A DNA stretch of 64,000 nucleotides from Octopus bimaculoides (taxonomy: Eukaryota): contig NC_068981.1 of the NCBI RefSeq assembly GCF_001194135.2, positions 141,994,733 to 142,058,732 of the forward strand. The letters are read 5' to 3'. The notes beneath the pieces are model-generated. The model was not told where the DNA came from. It did not search any database and was given only the letters and a program-made list of their open reading frames with translations. The stretch's first letter is position 1, and each line of letters starts with the position of its first letter. The position numbers and the translations under genes are program-made. Positions 27,325 through 40,369 of this stretch are shown here, in pieces.

Positions 27325-27748
27325 TCATACCCTTCCTCCCTTACATTCCCTTTTACTTGGTCATTCTCTCTACGCTATCTCACACTATCTGCCTTTGTTA
27401 TATACCCCACCCGCGGCACCATCCCATTATTGCTCTAAAGATTGAAACAGAACACGGCAAACATATACGCACACCCATTAGGAACACTCTCCTCAACCGA
27501 TACACACATAAACATATACATACACGCTCACTCACACANNNNNNNNNNNNNNNNNNNNNNNNNNNNNNNNNNNNNNATATATATATATATATATACACTC
27601 ACTTATTCACTGTTCTACGATTATCTCATAAGCACAAATATACACAATTATGCATACAAAAACAACTTCTAATAAAAAGAAAACAATCCTAAAATAACGG
27701 CACACAGACACACACATATACAAACATTTCTTACTGTATCATTCACAC

Positions 27749-27821
<73 letters not shown>

Positions 27822-28344
27822 ATAATAATGTGTATGTGCGTGTGTGTGTGTGTGCACAATACATAAACAGACACATGTATATAATGTACGTGTGTGTTGA
27901 CAGAAATATATGTATATTTGTACTCACACATTAAATATATATCATACATACACATACACAGTCTTTCACAGGCAGAAATATAAAATAACTGAAACAGACA
28001 ACGGTGTAAAGTGCGTAATTGATGTAACATCGATTGAACATCAGAGAAGATAGGTGTAGATAGCGATGGAGAGGAGAAGTTGGTAGGTGAGAGAAGGTGA
28101 ATCGTTGCCGTGGAAGAGGGATGAGAAGGGAGGTTGGAAAGTGAACAAGACAAAAGGTGAAGTGGGGGCGAATAAAGAAAAAGGGATTGATTTTTAAAGT
28201 TACATCAATACACACACACACATACATCGATAAACACGGATGTAGATACATAGATAAGGAGGTAGCTAGGTTGGAATCTATTTTCTCTGTGTCTGTCTCT
28301 CTATTTATCTGCTTATCTTTCTCTTTCTTATTAATGTGTATATG

Positions 28345-28446
<102 letters not shown>

Positions 28447-28581
28447 AGAAGCTTTCCCCCATCTAAAACACTGCACAGTCTTGAAAATACTTTTAAAGAC
28501 TACATTATTTAAAGCAAGCAATATTGGTTACATGATACCTGGAAAAAATAACGCAAAAAAAGAAATGAGTTATTCATTGTT

Positions 28582-28638
28582 GGAATGCTTTTGATCATAA
28601 GTCCGCTGAATGATAGTCTACCTAGGGCTAAACAACAA
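28582..28638 (+). repeat. Family D 3' end
   Basis: Aligns with 15598-15652. Confidence 0.7.
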
Positions 28639-29062
28639 TTATAAAATGAAAAAAAAAAAAGAACAACCACAGGAAGATGAAGTAATAATGAATACGTCGG
28701 ATATTCTTTCTTGAAAAGTAGATGTAAGAGGAATTTTAAACAAAAGTAAGAATAAAATGAAATGTATGTCTATGTTTGAGAGAAGGAAAAGGAGAACAGA
28801 AAAGGGCTGAAGACAGAGAAAGAACTGAAAACAAATGAACTGAAATAAAATATCAGGAATGTTGTATGTATGCATGTATGAATGTATGTATACTCAATAC
28901 AAATGCAGAATGCAATAATTATTTTATCTGATCCGGTCACTTGTTCGTTACTCTGGAGTTTCCGTCATGTAGTCAGTTTTTCAAACAAAAGAACACAGGT
29001 GTAACTGGTCATTAACAATTAGACTAGCTTAAAACAAACTATATCTATCTTTTCCAAGTGTT

Positions 29063-29495
29063 CTATTCCTTCTCATCAACATTATTCTCCTCCTCCTCTT
29101 GTGAATGTCTTTCTGCATCCTTCATTTTGTCCTGTGATAATGGAAATTCTAGAATGTCGAGCCGAACAAAAACATTTTTTCAATATTTAATTATTTTCGT
29201 TAATGAAACCAGTAACAGCATCGAATTTTATTACATTTCCCACCATTCTAGCATGGACAAGATAAATTCTAGACATATATAAGTGTGGAGGAGTCATTCC
29301 CAAACCTCTCTCATTGTGTGAGTGTGAGGTTTTGTTCCAGGACAAGAAGTCGTCTGGGAAACAAGGAGCAGGATCCGGAAATTCTGTGAACTTGCAGCGA
29401 CTTTGTATCATTGTCAAATCACAAATCATCTCCCTGACGATTATAATTCTCACGGGAAACCTTCGCCGGGGACAATATTCCATTTTCTTATCTAA
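29063..29495. other. Unique block with coding-like frames on both strands; possible terminal exon(s)
   Basis: See the corresponding finding. The strand is unresolved. Confidence 0.3.
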
Positions 29496-29966
29496 AGATA
29501 GGGTGTTGGTCAAAAGGAAGCTATTACTATTATGGTGACGCACAGTGGATTAATAGAATCAGATTAATATAGAAGGAAATATTTAGATAGTGTAGTGAAT
29601 TGTGGTAGCAACAGAATATTTAGCTCAATAAGAGTAGCAAGACCAGAGTAGCCAACGAATCTATGGCCAATACAAACTATGTTGTTTGCAATTGTATTGA
29701 TGCGAGACAGAGGAATAAATAAAGGAATAAATAAAATCTTGAGATGGTAAAGTCAGACTGGAAATAAAATGTTTACGCAATTTTTGGTATTATGGGGGAG
29801 GACAATCGGACCATACAGTTTTCGAATAACTTAATACAATACTTTGATTGAGAAGCTAGAAACAGAAGATTAAGTATAGATCTAGTGATTCAGGTGCATT
29901 AGTAGACTAGCTAGTTGACATGCGATTAATAAATGAAAGATAAAAGATGAAAAAAGATAGTAGCAG

Positions 29967-29985
29967 GAGAGAGAGAGAGAGAGAG

Positions 29986-30037
<52 letters not shown>
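29967..30037. repeat. (GA)n microsatellite
   Basis: Direct reading. Confidence 0.96.
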
Positions 30038-30039
<2 letters not shown>

Positions 30040-30065
30040 TGTATTTGTGTTATCCAATGATATTA

Positions 30066-30277
30066 GTTTCAAATTTTGACTCACTGCCAGCAATTTCAGG
30101 GCAGAGGGCATAGGTCGATAACATCGCAGTACTTAACTGGTACTTCTTTCATCGACCCCGAAAAGATGAAAGACAAAGTCGACTACGACATAATTTGAAC
30201 GTAGAACGTGAGGACGGATGACATGCTGCTAAGCATTTCACCCAGCGTAGCTAACTATTCTGCCAGCTCACCACCTT
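30066..30277 (-). mobile_element. SINE family A, full length
   Basis: The minus strand begins aggtggtgagctggcagaatagttagc, with the central block and tail present. Confidence 0.9.
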
Positions 30278-30657
30278 ATGTTACTCATTGATGTTGAGAC
30301 GTGGACTGGTTAGATAACCTAGGAATGCTTAAAGAAATCTCGAGACCATGGGTGGGGAGAAATATTTGTGAAAAACTCCAGCTGCAGGAATATAACGAGA
30401 CCAACTTCATTTGATTTACTTGTACTCCTTTATGTTAATTGTTGACTTTCATCATTCTAAGATAAGATAAAGAAAATAACAATCAGAGTACTAAAGTCGA
30501 TGAATTCAATAATAAACTTCTCCCTAAAATACTACATTCTGCTATATTAAAAAATAATAATTTATTAGTAATATGTCTTCTCAAGTTTGATCTACATCTT
30601 GGGATTCACTGCTGATCGCGAATTTAGGTTCTTAGCTGTATAATTTTCTGTCTTGTA

Positions 30658-31024
30658 TCTTTTATTAGTTTCAGTCATTAGACTGCGGTCATGCTGGGGT
30701 ACTTGTCTTGAAGAACTTTTTATTCGATTGTATCGACCACCAGTACTCATTTTTGTTTTACTCATACTATCGGTTCTTTTTCCGAACCACTAAGTTATAG
30801 GGACGTCAAGTGGAGGTGGGGGGGACAAACACACACACACACATGTATTTATATATATATGCGACGGGCTTCTTTCAGTTTTCGCCTACCAAATCCACCC
30901 ACAAAGCTTTGGTTGGCCCGGGGCTGAAGTAGAAGACACTTGCTCAAGGTGCCACACAGCGGGACTGAACCCGGAACCATATGGTAGAGAAGCAAACTTC
31001 TTACACACAGCCACGCTTGCGCCT
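30658..31024 (-). mobile_element. SINE family B, full length: tRNA-like head, CORE-like block, internal (TA)/(TG) microsatellite, 3' domain
   Basis: The minus strand reads ggcgcaagcgtggctgtgtgtaagaag...ccgggttcagtccc (B-box)...ggcaccttgagcaagtgtcttctac (CORE-like)...gaagcccgtcg-(TA/TG)-tttgtcccccc...cagcatgaccgcagtc. Confidence 0.88.
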
Positions 31025-31369
31025 ACATCCGCTATTTTTAGATGGTTTGTTATATTCAAATCTGCTTGAGCAGATACACTATCCAGAAGTTAGTGAAATA
31101 ACGGTGATACATTTTCACTTTGTCATTTTCCCGTATACTTTCCAACGATTTAATGTTTTTGTTTGTAATTTTCTAGAGGAAGACCCTATTCTGAAGTTGA
31201 TAGGAAATTTGTTAACATTCTCGTCAACGTGTCTCAAAACAAGTCGCATTGACTGAACTTCAGCCATAAAGGCTGTGGTAAAAATATACTTTCACAAAGT
31301 GCTTTGCAATAGGATTGAACTTGTTTCCAAGAAGTTAAGTTCTCAATCATACAGTCATATAACGACATA

Positions 31370-31574
31370 CTGTAATCCATCGACTATCGCGGGTGTTACA
31401 TTCCAAAACCTCCCACAGAAATAATTAAAATCTAAAAAAATTTAAATACTTATCGGCCGCAGAAATTCGGATATACTGAGGAGTCTGCAACATAAATTTA
31501 TACATATATTAGACAAAAATCTGCGATGTACTGAGTACGCGATAAGTGAAAAGTGATATGGCAAGGGATTACTG
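31370..31574. mobile_element. pogo/Tigger-like MITE
   Basis: Imperfect TIRs ctgtaatccatcgactatcgc and gtgatatggcaagggattactg, with TA on both sides (31368-31369, 31575-31576). Confidence 0.72.
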
Positions 31575-31818
31575 TATATCCGTTTCACTAAAAACGAGAC
31601 CACGTACTCATTAGACTTGACTTTGAAATTAAAATTCGGGTAACCAATAAATGACATATCCGGGTTCAAGCGAACCCGGATACCTGTTATTATTTATTTA
31701 TTGAAAATATGTTTTACTTGTGATTAAGCACGTAAATTCAAATAGAAACTCAAAGGCAGTAAATGTTCATATTCATCTACAAATAGGAAACTTTAGAGAG
31801 GAAATATGTTGGCTTTGT

Positions 31819-32050
31819 AAGGCAGCGAGCTGGCAGAAACGTTAGCAGGGGAGAAATGCTTAGCGGTATTTCGTCTGCTGCTACGTTCTGAGTTTAAATT
31901 CCGCCGAGGTCGACTTTGCCTTTCATCCTTTCGAGATCGATAAATTAAGTACCAGTTACGCACTGGGGTCGATGTAATTGACTTAATCCCTTTGTCTGTC
32001 CTTGTTTGTTCCCTCTATGTTGAACCCCTTGTGGGCAATAAAGAAATAAG
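31819..32050 (+). mobile_element. SINE family A with an alternative 3' tail
   Basis: Head and centre are nearly identical to 18501, but the tail is cttaatccctttgtctgtcc...gggcaataaagaaataag. Confidence 0.9.
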
Positions 32051-32255
32051 TAACGTTAGCACGCCGGGTGAAATGCTTAGCGGCAATTCGTCTGTCTTTA
32101 CGTTCTAAGTTCAAATCCTGGCGAGGCTGACTTCGCCTTTCATCCCTTCGGGGTCGATAAGTACCAATTGATCACTGGGGTCGATGTAATCGAGTTATTA
32201 CCCCCCCCCCCAAAAAAAAAAAAATTGCTGGCCTAGTGGCACAATCTGAAATCAA
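32051..32255 (+). mobile_element. SINE family A, 5'-clipped, directly tandem
   Basis: aacgttagcacgccgggtgaaatgcttagcgg...gcctttcatcccttcggggtcgat...gctggcctagtg. Confidence 0.88.
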
Positions 32256-33140
32256 TATTTCACCTTGTAGAAACAAACATTCTCACTGATTCGTCAATTC
32301 CATTTCGAATACTTGCTTTTTATTTTTTTAATTTTTATTTTTCTTCTATTTATGCAGTAGAATGTATATGACGCGCCGCAAAGTTTTGAAAATATAAATT
32401 CAGAAAATTAGTACTAACGCTTGGGTGTTTTGAGGAAGCATGTTATTCATAATTTCGTTATACATAGTTATGATTATTAAAGAAAGGTATAAATTAGAAC
32501 AATTTCAAAACAAACTTTGTGTGTGCATGTGTGTGAGTGTATGCGCGCGCGCGTTAAATTGACATGCAAAGTGTGATAATTTTCTTCGGTCTTCAGCGTA
32601 CCACGTAGTCAAAAATTAAAATTACCGATTTAGCGGAGGGAAGATCCATACAATTTTCTGTAAAACTCTCGAAGCCTATTGTAAAATTTTTCATTACAAT
32701 GTCTAAACGAAGTACTCTCATTTCATTGTAACTTTCTCTTTATATCTAAAATAATCACCAAATTTGCAATTATTCACAACTGCATGTATTCTATGAGAAA
32801 GTATATTTAGCTGGAAAGAACGGTTTTTCAGTATATTTCGATATATGTACTAAGGTTGCGTAAGAACATTTTCATTATTGCTGTATTATTTTAATACGCT
32901 ATTTGTTCCAGTTACGGGGCACTGCTATCATGAAGAAAATATCTTAAAACTTATTTTGTGTACATCCATATATACCTACACAAATCGGTATATTTCTTTG
33001 AGTCTGTGTGCATATCTGAACGTGTATAGTGTTTACTAGTAAGATATTGATAATGAGATGCAACTATTTTGCTTTCCAGCCATATATTCACATATCAGTT
33101 TCTTCTTTTTACCATCACCTTTATTGTCATAATAATTAGT

Positions 33141-33860
33141 TGGGAGAATCGTTAGCTCGCCGGGAAAATGCCTAGCGACATTTCGTTCGTACTTACGTTC
33201 TGAGTTCAAATTCCACCGAGGTCTACTTTGCCTTTCAACTTTTCGATGTCGATAAATTAAGCACCAGTAAAGTATTGGGTCGATGTGATCAACTGTCCCC
33301 CACCTCCATTAAAATTTCGGGCCTTGTGCCTATAGTAGAAAGAATTATTGTTGCTAACGTTTCCTGTTTTTCTAGCATGACAAACAAATTATTCAGCAGC
33401 ATTCGTTTCAGTTCTTTACATCCTGAGTTCAAATACCGCTGGGATCAACTTAGCCTTTCATCTTTCGGCGTCGATAAAATAATTCCAGACACGTGCCGAG
33501 ATCAATGCAGTCTAATACTCCTTCCTGTAGCTGGTCTTGTTCCAATATTGACCTTAGATTAAATTCAAATTTCCATGAAACCTTAACCACCGTCCTGCAT
33601 ATCATTTACTCTATCTTCCTCTTTGTTGTTATTGGCGGCGAGTTGCTTGTTATAACAGTGTGGGCTAAAACACCTAGTAGTATTTGGATGACCTCCTCAG
33701 TAATTTGAATTCAAATTCAACAGAAGTAAACTTTACCATTCATCTTTTCGGGGTCGATACATAAAGAACTAGTTCAGCATGATGGACTGACAGAATTCTT
33801 AGCACATTCGACGAGAAGTCTTACAGTTCTTTTATCCGGCGTTGTGATTCTGAGTTCTTT
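33141..33860 (+). mobile_element. Cluster of four same-strand SINE family A copies (33141-33348, 33370-33550, 33633-33780, 33781-33860 head only)
   Basis: Repeated gagttcaaat/tgaattcaaat B-box and cctttca...gtcgata central block. Confidence 0.82.
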
Positions 33861-34189
33861 TGTGTCTAACATTTAATGACTTTATCCTGTTGTCCATTTA
33901 ATATCAACTTCTGTTCTTTGAGTGCCAATAGCGGATTTCTCTCTGTCAAGCGTTGTATCCAGGTGTTCAGGTTTGAAGAAAACTTCCTTTTCATCCACCA
34001 ATCTCAGAGATACTTAAACGTGTAATTTAATAGACGCTGTCATTTTCTCGTAGTTTAAATTGTGAAATTTGGAGTCAAATATGTTCTTATGTATATGTGT
34101 GTGTGTGCCCGCGCGTCCACCATCTTGTTACACCCTGTAGTAAGTTTTATATTATATAATCAAAAGCCAATATGAGAGCCTTATGCAGA

Positions 34190-34400
34190 CGCACGACTGC
34201 TCCCTCAGATATTTAGCTGCAAGAAATGATAGTTAAATATCCATAAAAAATCACACCCTATTGTCTTGAAAAGGAATGAGACATTAGGTAAAGTAATCCA
34301 AGTTACACGGAGCTATAAGAAAGAAAATAAACCCTGACCACCTTTGATCATGTGTTGGCTCAATAGGGGCTGAACCAGCGCTGCACAACAACAACGGCTA
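34190..34400 (+). repeat. Family D copy
   Basis: aaatcacaccctattgtcttgaaaagg...cctttgatcatg...ggggctgaacc...aacaacaac. Confidence 0.55.
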
Positions 34401-36145
34401 CAACAACAAGAACAAGGACTATGTTCACGAATACATTCATACGCTGCGTTTTTGCACTATATATGGTTGCACAATGTATATAGTGCTTCTAATTTGCATT
34501 AGACATCTAACACATACTACCCATGCAGGCTTCTGACTACTGTTTTAACAAAGGCTTTGTTTTCTTTCTTCCTTCCTTTGGCAATCGTTTGTTCTGATGC
34601 AGCCATCATAAGAATTTCTGTTTACCTCTTTAGTTCTCCATTTTCAGCCAAACCCATTGTCCTTCTCCCCGCACTTTCTCTTTCTTTTCCTCTTCTTCCA
34701 CTTTCTCCTTCTTTCTTTTTGTCTGACGAACTGCTTCTACAAATGTAATTTTTTTTTCTATCCAGTTTTCCATCCTCTCTGTTTGTTTTGCGTTTTTATT
34801 TATTTATGTTTCTTCGGATTTTCGTTCGTTTTTTTTTATTTTTAACGTGTTAATCTGTTCTCTACTCTTGTATATACTCTCACCGTTGAACTTCCTGGCT
34901 GCACACATAATAAAAACTCTTTTTTCACATTTGCAAACCTGCCTCGCCGTCATCATTATTCATATCTTCTCCATCAGCCCCCATATCAACATCATCATCA
35001 TCATCATCATCGTTGTAATCATTTTCAGCGCCATGGTTATAGGCATCATCATCGTTGTGGACTTTGTCCTCATAATCCTCATCTTCGTAAGTAGCAGCAG
35101 CAATAGCAGTTGCATTAGCAATATCGACAATAGAATAGTAGTAGTAGAAGTAGTAGTAGATAGTGTTAACCGGGGCAAGGCTTTGTAATTTTTTCCCCCT
35201 GAAACCTAGGAGAGAAGAGACGATGGCTAACAAAAATCAATTAATTGACGTGGTCAATGCTCATTATATTGCTGGCTGAATGATTAGATGTTGCAACAAA
35301 ACTGGCTGGTAAGTGCAATAGGCGCGCGAGAGAAGGAAAGATACAAAGAGGGAATACAAAAGAAGGAAGAAAGTAGAGCTATAAAGTGAGTGCAAGAGAT
35401 AGATAGTGTGAGAGAGGAAGTAAACGTGGTGGTCGTTAGACAAAAGAGAGGTGCATAGAGAAACGTATAAAGGGACGGAAGAGAGAGAGAGAAACATTTT
35501 GAGAATATTGGAATACTGTAGACGAAGTGTGGTGCGTCANNNNNNNNNNNNNNNNNNNNNNNNNNNGAGAGGAAGTAAACGTGGTGGTCGTTAGACAAAA
35601 GAGAGGTGCATAGAGAAACGTATAAAGGGACGGAAGAGAGAGAGAGAAACATTTTGAGAATATTGGAATACTGTAGACGAAGTGTGGTGCGTCAGACAAG
35701 TATAAATAATTAAGATCGATAGAATAAACAGAGGCAACAAAAACGTATTGGAGTACGTGTGTATGTCTGTGTGTCTGTCTGTGTATAATGTACACACATA
35801 CATTGTGTTTGTATGTATGTATGTATGTATATATATGTATATATGTATATATTGTAGGAGAAAGCTTATTGATTAATTTATTTATAGATTTAATGATCGA
35901 TCAATTGATTGATTGATAGCCAGTCAGATAAACATATAGGCTAATTTATTAACAAATAAATAGAAACGCTATAGAGAGAATAGTTATTTATATACGTATA
36001 CTTACAAATATATACCTGTATCCATACACACATGAACGTGTGTATGAATATAATTATACATACATACATATATATATATATATACATGTCGATGGATATA
36101 TATATATGTGTATGTGTACACTTGTGAGCTACTGAGGCAGTGAGG

Positions 36146-36183
<38 letters not shown>

Positions 36184-36879
36184 ACGTGTCTTGGGCTGAT
36201 TACAAATTTCAGATATACCGGACATAAATATACGAAAAATAATTAAGGAAATATTCATTGAACATTGAAATCCAGCAGGTGATTTCATAGTGTAGCAATA
36301 ATAACAAATCTTTACATTTTATTCGTTTTTGTTGGTCGATTATTTATTTATTCATTTATGCGACTGCTATATTAGGGAATTTGCTGTGTGATTGGTGTAC
36401 GTATGGCAACTAATTTGTAGAAACACACAATCAGTACACAAACTACAAAATATACCAATAATTCGAAGATATAACACTCCTATTGGAGATAAACATAATG
36501 TGTGTTCATATACAGAGAAAAAATACGTGTACACACATACTCATACGCAAACACATATACTTGTGTGCTGGTATTCAATTATATGTACATGCACATACAT
36601 ATGTATGTATGTGTTCGTGTGTTTGCCATTGAAATTATGTGCATATGTCTGGAAGTCTAGCTATAATCTCTTTTGTATCAATGAAGCTAAAAATAGAGCC
36701 ATAAACACCTAAATCAGCAACAGGAACAACACCAAGAAGGCGAGTAATAAACTCGTACAGAAGCGGAAGCATATGTCATATAATTCTTGGCAGGATTTCC
36801 ATCAAGACTAGTGAGGACATATAAACCCTTTACGGTCAATCTTTCGCACTGACCTCTGAAAATATTAATCGTAGGCGTC

Positions 36880-36960
36880 GTTGTTGATATTATTGTTTAA
36901 CACGAGATCAGATCTGATTCAACAGACTTAATGATTAAAAGCATTCAAGCTGAGACGTTT
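36880..36960 (-). repeat. Family D 3' end
   Basis: The reverse complement aligns with 15598 and 28582. Confidence 0.6.
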
Positions 36961-37211
36961 GCTTTTTATTTTAGACATAATTTATCTACGTTTGTGTATT
37001 TCCCGTTTGAAGATATTTAAGCATATCTAAGAGAAAGTTGGTTCTTTTTTCTAACAGTTCAGGTCACCATATACCGGCTCCTCGTTAACAGTTTTTCGAA
37101 AGTTGAGGGTGAAGTGTCAACCTTCGGCAAGTGTTACAGAGCTGGATAAGAACAGCTACAAATATGGGCTGGGGTAGAAAAACCACCTCAACACTTTTTG
37201 TTTAGCTTCAG

Positions 37212-37311
37212 TGGAACCTTACGAAGTACGACAAATCCCTTTTTTTATTGCGGATACTACCTCATTGATTGCATTTATAAATGAATCCTTAATTTCGCAT
37301 GAAGATGAGCT
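37212..37311 (+). CDS. Candidate 100-nt exon (xEPYEVRQIPFFIADTTSLIAFINESLISHEDE)
   Basis: Acceptor tttttgtttagcttcag, donor GCT/gtgagt, frame open end to end. Unconfirmed. Confidence 0.28.
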
Positions 37312-38297
37312 GTGAGTTTGTGGCAGCTTGGCCTGCCATGTGTTGGAAGAGTGTGCCAACCCTACAGTTATCGTTTAGCAGCAGTTTAACCGTACATGGC
37401 TAACTACAATAACTAGGGTTTTAACAACGAAAATCACGTCTTTATTTCAAATACACTTTTGAATGCATTATCAACTCTCTTTTACATTTCGGCTAATGTT
37501 AGTGTGTTATTTGGGGTGTATTTGGCTGTTGTGGTGTGGCTTAGAAAAGAGGGATGATACTATACTAGGTGTATAGAGTCTGTCAGACTTAAAGAAACGC
37601 AACCTTAATTATTGGTGGTTCAGTAACATCAATTCCATCTTTGTTTCCGACATGGCAACCACGACTGCATAATCCATTATGGCCTTCATGTAGATCATTT
37701 AGCAGCCGTTTCTAGTATCACGTGTAGTCTTTGAAGCTGTTATAGCATATAGTTGGGTCAGCGGTTCGTTGCGGTCTTGTACTGTACTAATCCATTTCGA
37801 GCGGTATTTTTTTTTTATATCTGGAAGCATATTCGTTATTTTTATATAAAATAAAATTCGAATACACACACCAGCATGGCCACAACCGCAAATGCAGAAG
37901 TTGGTAAAAGAGCATATATATATATCTGCGACGCATTACGGTTGTTATTACAGGGTACTGTGACATAAGTTTAAACATACAAACTGCAGGCTATTTCTAG
38001 ATATAATGCGACTTCAAACTGATTTAGTTTTCATTTCTGAGTTTGTATTATTAGATTTGAAAACAAATTACAAACAGATTATATATCATGATATTGAACG
38101 GACAACAGAATTAATACAAAGAAAATTTAACATCTTTGCTGGATACGTGGCGCTCATCTAGTATAACGAATAACGTGTGTGAATGAGTGTATTTGTGTGC
38201 ATGTGTATATATAGTCACATCTCATATTCACACACATATATATCACCGTGTGTGGGGTGGGTTTATACATCTAAATGTTTGTACAGACAGGTACACA

Positions 38298-38357
<60 letters not shown>

Positions 38358-38491
38358 TACGTGTATATATGTATTCGTTATTTTTCCTCGTCTTTGTATT
38401 TTTCTCATTTACTGTCGTAGTGATGTGCTGACATTGTTACTGATGCCAATAACTACAACTACTACTGCTACTACTACTACAGTTCTTTTTC

Positions 38492-38522
<31 letters not shown>

Positions 38523-40086
38523 TAATGTAGTTAATATGTTTCCAAAGATTTGTGAAGATAAATGAAGTCTGTCAACATCTTGCGACATGAAGCTATTATA
38601 ATGTCTGCTTAATTTGCCTACCAATACTTGCAATATAGCCAACAGATCATCAACAAAAACACAAGAGTCTGCCTGTCTTTCTTCCTCTTTCTTTCTCTCT
38701 CACCCCCTCTCACTTTTCTCTTTGTACCTCTTACACATTTCTCTGTTTCTCTTTCTCGCTCATCACTTCACTGTTATTGCCTTATATATTCTGAGAATGT
38801 TAGATGCTATTTTTTCATTTATACTGTTACGTTATTTCAAAGAGATATGCGAGTGTCTTGAGTAGCTTAAATTATATTTGTGTTGGTGTTTTGTTGTAGT
38901 TTAATTGAGAGGAAAGTGATGCCCTTCACGTGCCCTCTAAGACTCTTGGAATTAATATAATTTTGATGCCCATCTTGAACGACAGAAGTTTGACAACATT
39001 TAGGTAGTCTGGCGGAGAGGAAAGAAAACCTGGATGAGAATGTTATTCCAGAGTGCTGTGCAGCTGTAAGAAATTTGAGATCATAACTTGGTGCATTGAT
39101 TTGTCGCTGTCTTTTAAGCTGTTAGAATACAGAAATACAACTTTAGTGAGCTTGCAATTTTGACATTTAATTGCTTCTCCTGGGAAACGGTTAGACATTG
39201 AATGGATGTGATATAGCGTGATATAGTCGGGGGAAAAAAAAACTGAACAAAATCAAAGTTTTCAAGAAATCACCCTAAAACTGCGGTATGTATTGTGTTG
39301 TAATAGTCCACTATATCATTCAACACATAAATATGAGCCAAGAATTCACATCTGATGGGTCGGTCGACCTGCTAGGTATAGCAACCAAATTTTAAAATGA
39401 CATACTTTCATTCCACTATAATAAGGGACACTAGAGGCTTAGAAAGATTTGGTTGAGAGGAGGAGGGAGCCCTGCCTTAAGTGAGAAACAGCACTACAAT
39501 TCTTCTGAGTTATAATGCTCGCTAATTATGGAGTGGCCAATACTAAAACCCCTTCCTCGGCGGGGGAAATAGGGAAATTAGCTTACCCATAATTCCTAAA
39601 ACCTGGGGACGATGTTGAGAAAAGGACAGTTAGGTGCTACAGCTATAAGCCATCCATTCTTATGAGCGGAAAACTGAGAGAAGACTTCCAACCATAGTGT
39701 ATCATTTCTTTTCAACACTCCTCCTGATACGCCACTGAAGGAAGCCTTCAATATTAGTGTTCTAGAAAAAGAAATTATGGTCACAACTAGGTCTTTCGCT
39801 ATAGGCCTCCTGACTAGTTTACCTGGGGTAAAACCCTACCACCAGCAAAAACGAAGACAACAAACATATATACACATCCAGCTTTACATGCCAATGTTTT
39901 CATATTTGCTTGAGTATTAACTCTAAGTAAACGACCTTTAATGATAACTAAGCATTTCCAAAGAAATTTCATTATATCTAAATTAATTATATGAAATACA
40001 GTTTTATATTTAAGAGATGAGGAATTATGTACATTATATACATTATTTACATTTGACGGATATTTGTCCTCATCTTCTTTGTTGTT

Positions 40087-40132
40087 AACACAACGCTTCG
40101 GCTGATATATTCTCCAGCCTTCATCAGGTGTC
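40087..40132 (-). ncRNA. Minimal type I hammerhead ribozyme motif (one core substitution)
   Basis: gacac-CUGAUGA-a-ggcug(gagaauauau)cagcc-GAAGCGUU-guguu. Stems I and II pair, and the canonical GAAA is GAAG here. Confidence 0.72.
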
Positions 40133-40179
40133 TTGGGGAAATTTCGAAGCTGGGTTCTCATAACTAAGGTATTTTTCGA

Positions 40180-40241
<62 letters not shown>

Positions 40242-40250
40242 TCACTGCCT

Positions 40251-40369
40251 GGAATCGAACTCGGAAATCTTGGGGTGAGCAGCTCGCGCTTTTAACCAAT
40301 ACGCCATATGCTCGTGTGCGTAGTGGTTAAGAGCGCGGGCTACTAACCCCAATATTTCGAGTTCGATTC
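40251..40369. promoter_or_regulatory. Two divergent Pol III type-2 (A-box/B-box) promoter-like units
   Basis: Minus: TGGCGTATTGG (40296-40306) and GAGTTCGATTCC (40251-40262). Plus: TGCGTAGTGG (40317-40326) and GAGTTCGATTC (40359-40369). Confidence 0.65.

Noticed and set aside
35409-35695. Apparent 130-bp direct repeat
   Set aside because: Identical copies on either side of N-gap 35540-35566; assembly artefact.
39590-39860. IIPK/KPGDD...SYKP as a LINE RT motif, or an exon on either strand
   Set aside because: It needs frameshifts with no downstream RT motifs, and the best minus-strand exon model has stops in all frames.
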